The notes: generated by a model from the sequence alone, not told the origin. A stretch of DNA of 64,000 bases from Eledone cirrhosa (GCA_964016885.1 OZ024745.1:28954001-29018000); one strand, 5' to 3'. Positions 1 to 11,339 are shown, numbered from the stretch's first letter. A program made the numbers and translations.

Positions 1-22
1 GCCGAAAACTCCGAAGAATATG

Positions 23-300
23 GTTAAATTATGGTGTGCTTTCATCAGATAAAATATAATATAGATCAGTTTTATAAATAAATATTGACATACCCTTAAA
101 GAATGCGACCATTTCTGTTGGAAGCTTCCAACAGAAATGGTCGCATTCTTTAAGGGTATGTCAATATTTATTTATAAAACTGATCTATATTATATTTTAT
201 CTGATGAAAGCACACCATAATTTAACTTGGTGTCCTTGAAATATGTATAATGAAATAAATATGGTTTTATAAATATAGTTTCCATTTGTTTATATATCGT
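23..300 (+). mobile_element. Short non-autonomous Penelope-like element (family A) with a perfect 204-bp palindrome (23-226) and a hammerhead ribozyme; ends in (TA)n
   Basis: The palindrome is centred on GGAAG|CTTCC (124/125) with no spacer. A hammerhead core lies at 201-249. A related copy is on the minus strand at about 56030-56200. Confidence 0.7.
193..257 (+). ncRNA. Type I hammerhead ribozyme (family A)
   Basis: Stem I TATTTTAT/ATGAAATA; core CTGATGA 201-207; stem II AAG.ACACCA/TGGTGT.CTT; GAAA 238-241; minimal stem III ATA-TG-TAT; predicted AUA cleavage after 249. Confidence 0.75.
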
Positions 301-511
301 ATATATATATATAAATGAACGTATAGAAATTATTGTGAGCGTGAAGCCAACAGTATTTCATAATATATAAGTGACTATAACGTCAAAATGGAAAATAATT
401 AACGTAAGATGTGGGAAAAATAATTCAAACTCAATTAAAAAAAACTCAAGACAGATTTATCCATAGAATTTTGTGAAATCCAGGGAAAAATCAATATATA
501 TATATATAGTT

Positions 512-702
512 TTAATATAGATGAGATTCTACAGGACTAGAACTGTTTTATTCTTTAGAAATCATCAGGGATTCCTGATGATTTCTAAAGAATGAAACAG
601 TTCTAGTCCTCTAGAATCTCATCTATATTAACACTTTTATACTCTGCAATGTATTGAGTACCTTACTTACTGTGGTTACCTCCGATTCAACCCGGAATAA
701 CG
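512..702 (+). mobile_element. Short TA-flanked Penelope-like element (family B) with a ~120-bp palindrome (512-631)
   Basis: The inverted arms meet at TCATCAGGGATTCCTGATGA, with (TA)n on both sides. Relatives lie at about 19036, 30875, 37351 and 49657-49800. Confidence 0.65.
568..620 (+). ncRNA. Type I hammerhead ribozyme (family B)
   Basis: GGGATTC-CTGATGA(575-581)-short stem II-GAAA(594-597)-CAG ttctagtc CT(C)TA-GAATCTC. The inverted arm and sibling copies keep the canonical CTGTA (GUA site). Confidence 0.7.
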
Positions 703-1110
703 TATATATATATATATATATATTTATTAAAATAACAGATTAAAGTTTAAGCAAAGAATCGCTGCTTTCACCCTTAACGGGATCTTCTGAAACTAACAAA
801 GTCAATCTGTAAACGCAGAACTGGATATTTCAAAAAACGTTGCAACCGGAGGAAGACAGGAAGACGATACTTTGGTTCGTGGTAACGTTCGCTGGCAAAG
901 AACGGGAAAAAACGAATAATACGTCATTAATAGGAGCGGTGAAAAACAATTACGCGCAAAGACAGAACCACGTTTATGGTATAAAAGAGGTCGTAGACTA
1001 ATGTTCTCTTAGGTGATGCATAGAGACGTTCTCTGGCAATGAACGAAAAAACGAAGATAATAAGTCATATGTGGAGCGTGGAGAACAATAGCACGCAAAG
1101 ACAAAACCAC

Positions 1111-2133
1111 ACAGCCTTCTTTAAAGGCTTCAACCTCTCTATACAGGTTGAGGCCAATCTCTCGGTCGTTAATTACCTCGACGTTACCCTCAATTTATTG
1201 AATGGGTTGTATTACCCGTATAGAAAGCCGAATGATACGCTTAATTACATAAGTAAGCATTCCAACCATCCTGCCAGCATAACCAAGAACCTGGTAAGAA
1301 ACGTTTCGTTGAGGCTTTCCCGTCTTTCCACCAACGAGCGCATTTTCAACGACCATTCCACTTATTACAATGAAGCTCTTGCTCGAAGTGGATTTGTCGA
1401 TAAGGTAGCATATACAGAGTACGAAAATAGACCTAGAAGAAATAGATCCCGTCGCATTTGTTGGTTTAACCCACCATATAATATGGAGGTGGCCACACCA
1501 TTAGCTAAGATCTTTCTTTCCCTTATTACGAAGCATTTTCCCCCTACACATAAATATAGTAAACTTTTTAATAGAAATACTATTAAAATTTCTTACTCTA
1601 CGACTCCTAACCTTGCACATAACCTCACAGCTTCAAATTTAGCTAAAATACCTAGCCGTAGGAACACGTGCAACCCTGTAGTGAGTACTAACTGTAATTG
1701 TAGGAATCGGGCTGATTGCCCCCTATCCGGGAAATGCCTCTCTAGTAACATTGTCTACAAATGTAAGGTTGTAACACCCACGTCCCATAGGGCCTACATA
1801 GGGTTAACCGCCAATAGTTTCAAGCAGCGTTTTTACATGCATACTCATTCTTTTCGCTACCCTCTAAGAAGGAATATGACGTCACTCTCAGCTTATATCT
1901 GGAGTCTAAAAGATAACCACACCCAATATAAGTTACACTGGGAGATCCTAGTTAGGGCTAGATCGTATAACGGAAATAAAAGACCATGTGACCTCTGCGC
2001 CGCTGAGGCCCTGGAAATACTCTACGCCACAGACCACATCTTAAACAAAAAATCTGAGGCAATTTCGGCTTGTAAACATAAATTGCACAAAACTTTCCTG
2101 TATTACAGCCCCATGTTATACCCTAACGGATAG
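1111..2133 (+). CDS. Penelope/Naiad ORF fragment: RT thumb, Cys-rich linker and GIY-YIG endonuclease
   Basis: Motifs VNYLDVTLNL, YPYRKPN, SNHP, WFNPPY, NCNCR...CPLSGKC, IVY...YIGLT...FKQR, CDLC..E, LNKKSE...CKH. The first 24 codons of the tracked ORF (1039-1110) come from the inverted repeat and are not true coding sequence. Confidence 0.88.
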   Translation, partial: TAFFKGFNLSIQVEANLSVVNYLDVTLNLLNGLYYPYRKPNDTLNYISKHSNHPASITKNLVRNVSLRLSRLSTNERIFNDHSTYYNEALARSGFVDKVAYTEYENRPRRNRSRRICWFNPPYNMEVATPLAKIFLSLITKHFPPTHKYSKLFNRNTIKISYSTTPNLAHNLTASNLAKIPSRRNTCNPVVSTNCNCRNRADCPLSGKCLSSNIVYKCKVVTPTSHRAYIGLTANSFKQRFYMHTHSFRYPLRRNMTSLSAYIWSLKDNHTQYKLHWEILVRARSYNGNKRPCDLCAAEALEILYATDHILNKKSEAISACKHKLHKTFLYYSPMLYPNG

Positions 2134-3020
2134 CACGACCTATACGTGGATATTTTACGTCTTGATGTGGGAGCTAAGTATATGTTTTGTTTATTCCTTT
2201 ACTTATTTGCATAGGTAAGTATATATTACCCGTATGTTTTGTGAAGGTATGTATACTTTCTCGTACGTATATTTAACTGTTATGGCGTATAATTTTTACA
2301 TAGTCTGGTATTTAGGGTTTGGCTATGTGTATACGGGAGTTTTGCGTCTGCGTGAGTATGCAGGTTCGTACGTATGGTGGGTGTGTGTATATGTGTACTT
2401 CTTGTTTTAGTTGACTTACGTCTCCGAACATTCGTGTATTTATATGTAGGTATGCGTGTGCGCTTGTTATATACGTATTTATTTACTTATATACGTTGAT
2501 ATAATTATTTATTTATTTGTACACAAGCATACACACACACACACATATTTATATGTGCGTGGTTTTGTATACCTATGGTAAGGTTTTGCGTATGCTTGTG
2601 TATGTACGTATCTGTTTGCATGTATGTATTTATTTGTTTCTATTACTTCTGTATTGTATTTATTTACTTTGTTCTTAACTCTGTAGCGGAGATTAATTTT
2701 AGTCTACGACTTCTGCTATACCATTTACGTGGTTTTGTCTTTGCGTGCTATTGTTCTCCACGCTCCACATATGACTTATTATCTTCGTTTTTTCGTTCAT
2801 GGCCAGAGAACGTCTCTATGCACCACCTAAGAGAACATTAGTCTACGACCTCTTTTATACCATAAACGTGGTTCTGTCTTTGCGCGTAATTGTTTTTCAC
2901 CGCTCCTATTAATGACGTATTATTCGTTTTTTCCACGAACCAAAGTATCGTCTTCCTGTCTTCCTCCGGTTGCAACGTTTTTTGAAATATCCAGTTCTGC
3001 GTTTACAGATTGACTTTGTT

Positions 3021-3071
3021 AGTTTCAGAAGATCCCGTTAAGGGTGAAAGCAGCGATTCTTTACTTAAACT
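3021..3071 (+). ncRNA. Hammerhead-like ribozyme in the Naiad terminal repeat, with variant core CAGAAGA; mirror copy at 744-794 on the minus strand
   Basis: AGTTT-CAGAAGA-TCCC gttaa GGGT-GAAA-GCA...TGCT-T-AAACT. Stems I-III pair fully in the 744-794 copy. Confidence 0.55.
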
Positions 3072-3197
3072 TTAATCTGTTATTTTAATAAATATTTGCT
3101 CTACGGTTCTTATATATTTGATATATATTTTCCTTATCGAGCCCTCTTTGGATTTTAGTCTTCAATTTTATTATTATTACTATATATATATATATAT

Positions 3198-3391
3198 ATA
3201 GGAACAAGTAAAACCCCGACGGCTGAGCTCAGGCCGTTTCGACGGCTAATTTTGGACTCAAAATTAGCCGTCGAAACGGCCTGAGCTCAGCCGTCGGGGT
3301 TTTACTTGTTCCTATTACCCACTCTACTACCCTAAGTATTGAGTACTTTGGTGCGTTATGGTCCACCTGGTTCCTTACCACATTTCCTTCG

Positions 3392-3393
<2 letters not shown>
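3198..3393 (+). mobile_element. TA-flanked palindromic hammerhead-derived element (family C), copy 1
   Basis: Perfect arms 3198-3254 and 3259-3315. The right arm reads GAAA-CGGC ctgagctca GCCG-TC, the 3' half of a hammerhead with a GUC site. An ~80-nt tail ends CCTTCGT-(TA)n. Confidence 0.7.
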
Positions 3394-3436
<43 letters not shown>

Positions 3437-3646
3437 CACGTAAGCACTCCACGACGTGAGTGCCATAATATTTTATGATGACGGTTATACGACGTTCAGT
3501 TCTTCGTAGCAGTCGGTAGCAACTTTAACCGTCCATAGTGGTATCTTACCCGATTGTCTAAGCTGTTGTTTACAACAGTCGATTGTATTTACAGTTATTT
3601 TTTGTGTCGGAGATGTTCTATACGTTATATATATATATATATATAT

Positions 3647-3838
3647 ATAGGAAAAAGAATGACCCCGACGGCAGAGCTCAAGCCGTTTCGACGGCTATTT
3701 CAATCCAGAAATAGCCGTCGAAACGGCTTGAGCTCTGCCGTCGGGGTCATTCTTTTTACTATTACCCACTCTACTACCCTAAGTATTAAGTACTCTGGTG
3801 CGTTATGGTCCATCTGGTTCCTTACCACAATTCCTTCG

Positions 3839-3842
<4 letters not shown>
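3647..3842 (+). mobile_element. TA-flanked palindromic hammerhead-derived element (family C), copy 2
   Basis: Same layout as 3198-3393 with different stem and loop sequence; GAAA 3720-3723, GTC 3740-3742. Fragments also occur at 11814-11858 and 36243-36303. Confidence 0.7.
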
Positions 3843-3925
<83 letters not shown>

Positions 3926-3933
3926 CACATATA

Positions 3934-3991
<58 letters not shown>

Positions 3992-4092
3992 CACATATAT
4001 ATATATATATACACATATATATATATACATACATATATTATATAGTTCGAGATAAACAAGGCGAACACAGAGATACAGTAAGACATGCTCTC

Positions 4093-4123
<31 letters not shown>

Positions 4124-4139
4124 GAGAGAGAGAGGGAGG

Positions 4140-4545
4140 GACTCCTTAGATAATGTAGTCCCCAGGAAAGGTAGAACGGGTGATCACGGCTGGAATGCAT
4201 TTGAAAGTACATTTATCAAACCAGTGCTGAGCTGGAGCTAAACATAAACAAGAATAGTATAACAAGATCTTTTGAGTGAGCTGGCCCTCCGTGTTCCAGT
4301 TGTGTGGACAACGGAGCAGATGTGCAAATATTAAAGCATTTCACATACACATACATGCTTAACTTAGTTCCCAGGGTGATTCGGCGCGACACATATTGTA
4401 ACAAGGATGGCCCTTTAAATTACTGGTGGAACTAATTTATTTCAGGTGAGCGGGCTGAAGCAACATGCAATAAAGTGTCTTGCTGAAAGAAACAGCGCAT
4501 CGCTGCGAATCAAACCGGGATACTGCTACCTAAGCCATTGGCCTA
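4140..4545 (-). mobile_element. Degenerate tRNA-derived SINE (CORE-like) with LINE-type tail
   Basis: The reverse complement of CAAGACACTTTATTGCATGTTGCTTCAG matches the SINE body at 30600-30660. Confidence 0.45.
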
Positions 4546-4684
4546 CTCCTGTATTCATAAAACGTATAAAATGAAGTACCAGTAATGCATTGGATATTTG
4601 CTGGCCTTGTGACTAAAGTAGAAACAATTATTAGTATATACTGGGGAAATAACTCTCTATAAATTATTTCCCTTAGCTAACATA

Positions 4685-4822
4685 TAATTGTTTCTACTTT
4701 AGGCACAAGGCCAGCAATTACCCAGTGCATTACTGGTACTTTATTTTATCGACCCCGTAAGGATGAAAGGCAAAGTCAACCTCGGCGGGATTTGAACTCA
4801 GATCGTAAAGGGACGTAACTAT
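4685..4822 (-). mobile_element. MetaSINE-like SINE, 5'-truncated
   Basis: Reverse complement of GAGTTCAAATCCCGCCGAGGTTGACTTTGCCTTTCATCCTTACGGGGTCGATAAAATAAAGTACCAG...GTAGAAACAATTAT. Confidence 0.75.
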
Positions 4823-5216
4823 GCTGGATATAATGCTTTAATATTTTGTATGCTTTTTTTGCTTCCCGTTAGCATTCCAACTTTTTTGAAAATCTCTCTT
4901 TTCTTGTTTATTAATTGTAAGGGGTAAAATATACTTATCACAGTCAGCCATGGCTTACTAGCTCTATACGGATCTTTAAATTGATTAAATAAATAAACGA
5001 GCTATTGCCTGTATCTACTCTTCAGTGAGTCTTTTCTTACCTGGTTCTTCAAACACCTTGATTAATGCATAATTTCTTACTGATTTGGTTCTTCAAATTC
5101 ATGCGAAATAACTCGGTTATAGTAGCATCTGTATAATAACTCAGTTATAATTTATAATAACCTTGCATTTATATATATATATAGTTGAAAATTGCAAACT
5201 TGACTGTCACCACTGA

Positions 5217-5292
5217 ATATGAACCTGAAGATTGCGAAAGCATGAAAGTATTTGTTCAATTAACATTTAACATTCTACCATACTATTTCATT
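5217..5292 (+). ncRNA. Candidate type I hammerhead ribozyme (family D) in a TA-flanked island
   Basis: CTGAAGA 5225-5231; stem II TGC-GAAA-GCA; GAAA 5244-5247; stem III AGTAT/ATACT; CUA site ending at 5285; imperfect stem I ATGAA/TTCAT. Confidence 0.55.
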
Positions 5293-6641
5293 ATAATATC
5301 ATTATAATTTTAAAGCATTGTAAATAAAACGAGTAAATCAGACAAAGTTGGAATTCCTTTTATTAATATAATCTTCTATACACAATCATTCACACCCATG
5401 TATATTTATTTATATATATATATTATTCAATTGAAGAAATTTGGTTGATAAAAAATCTGTTGACTTATTCTTAAACAGATGTGAAGCACTCCACGGGTGT
5501 TGTTCTTTAAGATTTTCCCCGTACAGGTCGGCAAGGCTACTGACACTTCGGACTGGTACCATATCAATGTAAAATGACATCTTGTTTGTTGGAAGAGAAT
5601 ATGTAAGGTGGTTATTATATAACTACCTTACATCTTCGAAATGCATATAACGAATAAAATAAAGATGTACCAATAAAACCATACAAAATATTGTATTAGG
5701 AAAAACAGGCAAGGAGTGAGGAGAGATTTGGAGAGAGATTTATTTTATTTATTTCATTAATCAAATAAATCTCTCCTCACTCCATACCTGCTTTTCCTAA
5801 TTCAATGTTTTATATTTATCGAATACTTGGGTTTGTTTCAAATATATTTGTTTTATCATAATATATTACTGAAGAAACATGTATTTTTATTTACGTATAA
5901 ACACGATTTGTTTAATAAATGTGCTTCAGAGGAAAAGAAACTGGAAGGCATCCACATTTAGTTATACAGTGCAACAGGAAATGTTGGTGGATCCCTCAAA
6001 AGACAGCCAAGACACTCATGGCACCACCACAAAACATAGTGGGTCCCCCAATTACACACTACAGCAGGAAGGAAATTGTAGTGTTTCCCTCTAAATATAT
6101 TTAAGGAAAGCTAAGACACTCACAGCAGCACCACAAAAATTAGAGGGTCCCACAGTTACAGACTGCAACAGGAAATGCTTGTTTCCCACTAAACATTATT
6201 GAGGCAATCGAGGACATGGCATTACCTCAGGTGACAGAAAGTCCCTCAATTACGAACTACAATAGGGAAGGCTGGTATTTTCTTTTAAAAAGTTTTGAAG
6301 CAAGCCAAGACACTCGCATGTGTACCACAGACGATGCCAAGGTTAACTTGTCAGAATAGTCAAGCACCCTCCCCAGCATCGCCTGATATTTTCAGAAGGC
6401 AAACCAATAACAAGAACATTGATGGGAGCAGCCCAGCTACCTTGAAAATCTTCAATGTCATAGGAAATTCTGGTGAATAAATTAGAGCATAATAAGAGTT
6501 ATAAATATATTTATTTGCAAGGGCATCCAACCATAGGAACCAAGCCAGAAACAGTTCTGTATGAGCAAGATCACCTGACTCAACTTACCTGAAACTGGAC
6601 AACCTGTCTCACCCATGCTAGGGTGGAAAATAGATGCTAAA

Positions 6642-6838
6642 TAATAATAATTGTTTCTACTTTTGGCACAAGGCCAGCAATTACCCAGTGTATTACTGGT
6701 ACTTTATTTTATCGACGCCGTAAGGATGACAGGCAAAGCTAACCTCGGCGGGATTTGAACTCAGATCGTAAAGGGACGTAACTCTATGTTTCACAGCATG
6801 GTGTCCGACTCTCTACCGATACTGCCAATTCACCGCCC
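6642..6838 (-). mobile_element. MetaSINE-like tRNA-derived SINE, full length
   Basis: tRNA-like head GGCGGTGAATTGGCAGTATCGGTAG, B-box GAGTTCAAATCC, central domain and (ATT)n tail. Confidence 0.8.
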
Positions 6839-6877
<39 letters not shown>

Positions 6878-6878
<1 letters not shown>

Positions 6879-8700
6879 TGTGGAATTTTTCAGGGTGACT
6901 CTTTATCACCGCTTTTATTCTGCATCGCACTTATTCCATTAAGTAAAATGCTCAATGAAACAAAACATGGATATAAAGTCTATGACAAAACCATTAATCA
7001 CTTGTTCTGCATGGATGACCTGAAACTATTTGCAAAAAATGATGAACAATTGCAAGGGTTATTATCCACTGTGAAGCAGTTCAGTGATGACATTAAAATG
7101 GAGTTTGGACTAGACAAATGCGCCAAAGCAACGTTCACCAGAGGAAAGCTGCTGAAGAGTTCAGACATTAATCTTGATCGGGGGAACGTGATAAGAGAAA
7201 TTGATCAAGAAAAAACTTACAAATATCTAGGTGTTTGTGAAGGAGACGGAATCAAGCACTCGACAATGAGGGAATGGATAAGGAAGGAATGTTACCACAG
7301 AGTAAGAGCAATCTTAAGAACGGAGTTGAATACAAGGAGTAGGATCGATACTATGAACACGCTTGCCATACCAGTAGTAACCTACAGTTTCAATGTCATC
7401 AACTGGTCAAGCATAGAGATCCGTAGGCTCGATACAAAAATGAGAAAATTCTTAACCATGCACAGAATGTATCACCCTAAGGCAGATACAGATAGAATAT
7501 ATCTCCCTAGGAAAGAAGGAGGACGTTGATTAATCCAGTTAGATATTGCTTTGAAAACTGCAACAATTGGATTATCTACATATCTAAGGGAAGCACATGA
7601 ATGGATGATGAAACTTGTTTTGAAACATGAAAGCATCAAAAGATCATACTCCATTACAAAAGATACAAAGATACAGTAATGAACTACAAATTTCAGAAGT
7701 TCCCTTTACTGCTGAAATGAAAAATACAGAAAAAGCAAAGCAGGTAAAAGTAATTGCAAAGAAAGAACTGCTATAGAAACTGGCTAAGAAATGGCAAGAA
7801 AAGCCTCTGTATGGAAAATATCCAGAAAGAGCTAACAATCCTGATGTTGACAAAACTTTAACCCATCAGTGGTTGGCATCCTCTGGACTGAAATCGGAGA
7901 CTGAAGGACTGATTATATCGGCACAAGATCAGTGTCTGCCAACAAAAAATTATCAAGCTAACATAATAAAAAATAGATGCAACCCATTATGCCGTGTATG
8001 CAAAAAACAACCAGAGACCATTGATCATATAATTTTAATGTACAGTCCTATAGCTCCAACCGAATACCTAAACAGGCACGACAGCTGCATGATACATTGG
8101 GTAATGTGTAAGCATTTTGACCTGCACCATCAAAATAATTGGTGGGAGCATCAATCACCTCCTGTACTTGAAAAAGATCACATCTCAATCTTGTGGAACT
8201 TTAACATCCAAACAGACCGAAAAATAGATGCAAATAGACCTGATATAATACTGAAGGACTTTAAAAAGAGGGTATGCCTGCTAATTGATATGTCTGTTCC
8301 AATAGACAAGAATGTATCTATAAAAACATTTGAAAAATTGAGCAAGTATAAGGACCTGGAGATAGAGATTGGAAAAATGTGGAAGTTGAAGACTAAAACA
8401 ATACCAGTGGTTGTAGGCGCTCTGGGAATGATACCTAAGGGGTTTAATGATTACTTATTCCAAATCCCAGGAAATCTGCGTATAGAAGAAATACAAAAGA
8501 TAGTACTAATGGGAACTGCCCATATACTAAGGAAGATTCTGTCAATATAAGTACATCACAAGTCTAAACACCTAAAGATGCATGTGTGTGTATGTATGTT
8601 CTTTCTTGAACATGGCAGACCTTGTTGTCTCTTGAGGTCACTGGTTGTGACTTGGTGATAACTCGTATGAACATAAAGCAAGATAAATGCAATAATAATA
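6878..8700 (+). mobile_element. 5'-truncated Dong/R4-type non-LTR retrotransposon (RT plus RLE), with stops/frameshifts, flanked by (TAA)n
   Basis: RT motifs GIFQGDSLSPLLF, HLFCMDDLKL, YKYLG; CRVC...DHI zinc knuckle; RPDI..D..LID..P..K..KY restriction-like endonuclease; (AAT)n at both ends, the known Dong target. Confidence 0.85.
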
Positions 8701-9758
8701 ATGATGATGATGATGATGATGATGATTATATATATATATAAACACACACACACACGTTTCTGATAGAATAGAGTCTCCTATCATTAAAACATTGTCAACA
8801 TTAATATGAAGTATATATGCAGCTAGCTTGACTTACATAGGTGTAAGCTGTAACAACAAGAACATGACAGGACAACAGACCCTAATATCAGAAATAACCC
8901 AAGAAACCTCAGATGAGATACAACATTGTAGAAGGTCAGCTAAATTTTTATTATAAAGTAAGTGACTGAGCATTCCACAAACCCATAACATAATTCTCAG
9001 GGAGATTCAGCCTGACACAGTGTGTGCAAGGCTGGCTCTTTGAATTATAGGTACAGTCTATCTGATGAGCTTCCAAATAGCTTTCACTCACAAGTGTCTA
9101 CCCAAGGCTATGGTAAAAAGGCACTTGCCTAAGATGACAGTGGGATTGAACCTCGGGCCTTATGATTGCAAGGCAAACATCTTAACTATTTAGCCATGCT
9201 GTGTCTACTGATACTCTATATAGTGAAGTCCTAGATACACTGTTTGATGGTGACAAGATAAAATGTACTCAGTACACTCTATAAAGTAGTATTGTTTGGG
9301 CCATGATAAAATGCACCCAGTAGATCTCGTAAAGTGGTTAACATCAGGAAGTGCATCCAGTTGTAGAAACCATGCCAAAATATGAAATATATGAGCAAGC
9401 TGTGGTTTCCCTGACCAGACAAGTCTCAGAATGTGACATGTACAGCCTATGCTAGTATGGAAAATGAAATGTAAAATGTTGATGATGATGATGTTACTTT
9501 GAGAGTTATATTGGGATAAGCGAGCGCAAAACTGAGAGAAAGGGGCACACATTTTAAGGCTAGCCCAGGGCACTAAATACCCAGGTGCCAGATCAGAGTG
9601 GACAAGTCTGATCATAGGCCTGCTTGAGGGTTAATCAACAACAAAAACAACAGTTTCTAATTTTTCTTCAATTTAATTTATTATCACATCTTGTAGACTT
9701 TTTTTTTTCATGCAAAAAACAAAAAACAAAAAAAACCCAAATTTCAAGAAATACAGAA

Positions 9759-10023
9759 AAGCTGCTCTGATTGGTCAATTGCATGATGATGTTGCAATAG
9801 GGACATAACTCTTGGTAGCCAGCAGTAGAGGGCAGCACTCTACTGCAAGCTGCTCTGATTGGTCAATTGCCAAGTGACGTTGATATGGGGACATAACTCT
9901 TGGTAGCCGTCAGTAGAGGGCAGCACTCTAATGCAAAGCTGCTCTGATTGGTCAATTGCATGCTAATGTTGCAATGGGGACATAACTCTCGAGAGCCAGC
10001 AGTAGAGAGCAGCACTATACTGA
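9759..10023. promoter_or_regulatory. Three tandem 88-89-bp units, each with a CCAAT box (CTGATTGGTC) and a CTCF-like site (CAGTAGAGGGCAGCA)
   Basis: Units start at 9761, 9849 and 9938. The CTCF-like motif is at 9823, 9911 and 10000 (the third copy has one mismatch). Confidence 0.45.
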
Positions 10024-10833
10024 AAACCATTGTTTTAATTTTAAATTTATTTTATTTCTTTACAGCTTCAAATGTTTCCATTTTTATAATTTAATAATTT
10101 TTTTAATGTTAGAAATTTTTTTAAAACTTGTTTTGTGAAATATTTCAGAATAACAAACAACAGATGTGTCACCGTCTGTAAGTGTGTGTGTCAGTCTGTG
10201 TGTGTATCTGTCTGTGTGCATATACATGTGTGTGCGTTTCTATGTTGGTATGTCTGTCTGTCTTTGAGTATATACATGTATGAGTATACATATATGTTAG
10301 TGTGTGTGTGCCTGTCTCTCTCTCTCTCTGTATGTACATATAAGTATGTGTCCATGTATTTGTACATACATATGTATGTGTGTCTACTAATGTATCTCTG
10401 TACGAGTACATGTGTGTGTGTCAACATAATTCTTAATGCTCCTCTCTATCTGGGCAAAACAGCAAGTCTTAAATGCACATACTATGTGTTTAAAATCGAG
10501 TCCACCAGCCTAAAAAAGAACATCATATTCACTGGCTTGATTCAGAAAGATTGTTTCTGAATTAAGCCAGCAAATAGAACATGCTTTTCAAGGCTGCTGG
10601 ACTAGATTTACTTTTACACCACCAAACAAGGGTTACACTCTAGTCTGCCTAACTGAAACGATCATAAAACAATGGTTTAATAAGCACCTAACTATGTTTT
10701 CCTATTCTTTCATTGTTCAACAACATGTATTTGACTAGATAGTTTGTGGTTGTTACCTATATATATATATATATATATATATGTGTAATATTATATATAA
10801 TAAAATATATATTATATATTTACAATATATTTT

Positions 10834-10921
<88 letters not shown>

Positions 10922-11339
10922 TATATCATATATATATCATATATATATAAGGGTGTTGAAACATTGTGTAAAATGTAGAAAATAGTGTTTTATTAGAATG
11001 CTACCACAATGCAAATGGGACATTATGTTAAAAATATAATGATAACAAAGATGTTGGGATGTTGCCCTGAAGTTGTTTAATGTTCCTTTTAATTCAGGAT
11101 AAAATCCCTTAATCAGAAGAAGAATTGAGGAAACTAATTCAATTATTTTTTTTATGAAGGACTTTTATCCCACAATATCAGAGCCATTAAACCACACCGA
11201 ATTAACATCCCCACATCTTTGTCATATATATATACACACACATATATACGTATACATGTGTGTGTGTGTGTGTGTATGTATGCTGAATGTGAATGAGGAA
11301 AAAAAACATAGGGGAACGATTCAGTACAATGATATATAT

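Larger units (their letters stand above)
721..3180 (+). mobile_element. 5'-truncated Penelope-like retroelement of the Naiad type with an inverted terminal repeat, inserted in (TA)n
   Basis: 721-1110 is the reverse complement of 2729-3094, apart from one ~24-nt indel and a few substitutions. An RT C-terminus plus GIY-YIG ORF lies between the repeats, and (TA)n flanks both ends. Confidence 0.88.

Noticed and set aside
1111-2300. Selenoprotein (UGA plus SECIS) coding, reported for some Naiad elements
   Set aside because: All conserved Cys positions in this copy are ordinary Cys codons, the ORF has no in-frame TGA and ends in TAG, and no SECIS was recognisable by eye.
3482-3535. Hammerhead candidates at ATGATGA-CGGTTA...TAACCG and at 14064 (CTGATGA...GATA)
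   Set aside because: The GAAA box is missing or altered and the stems are incomplete, so they are too degenerate to call.
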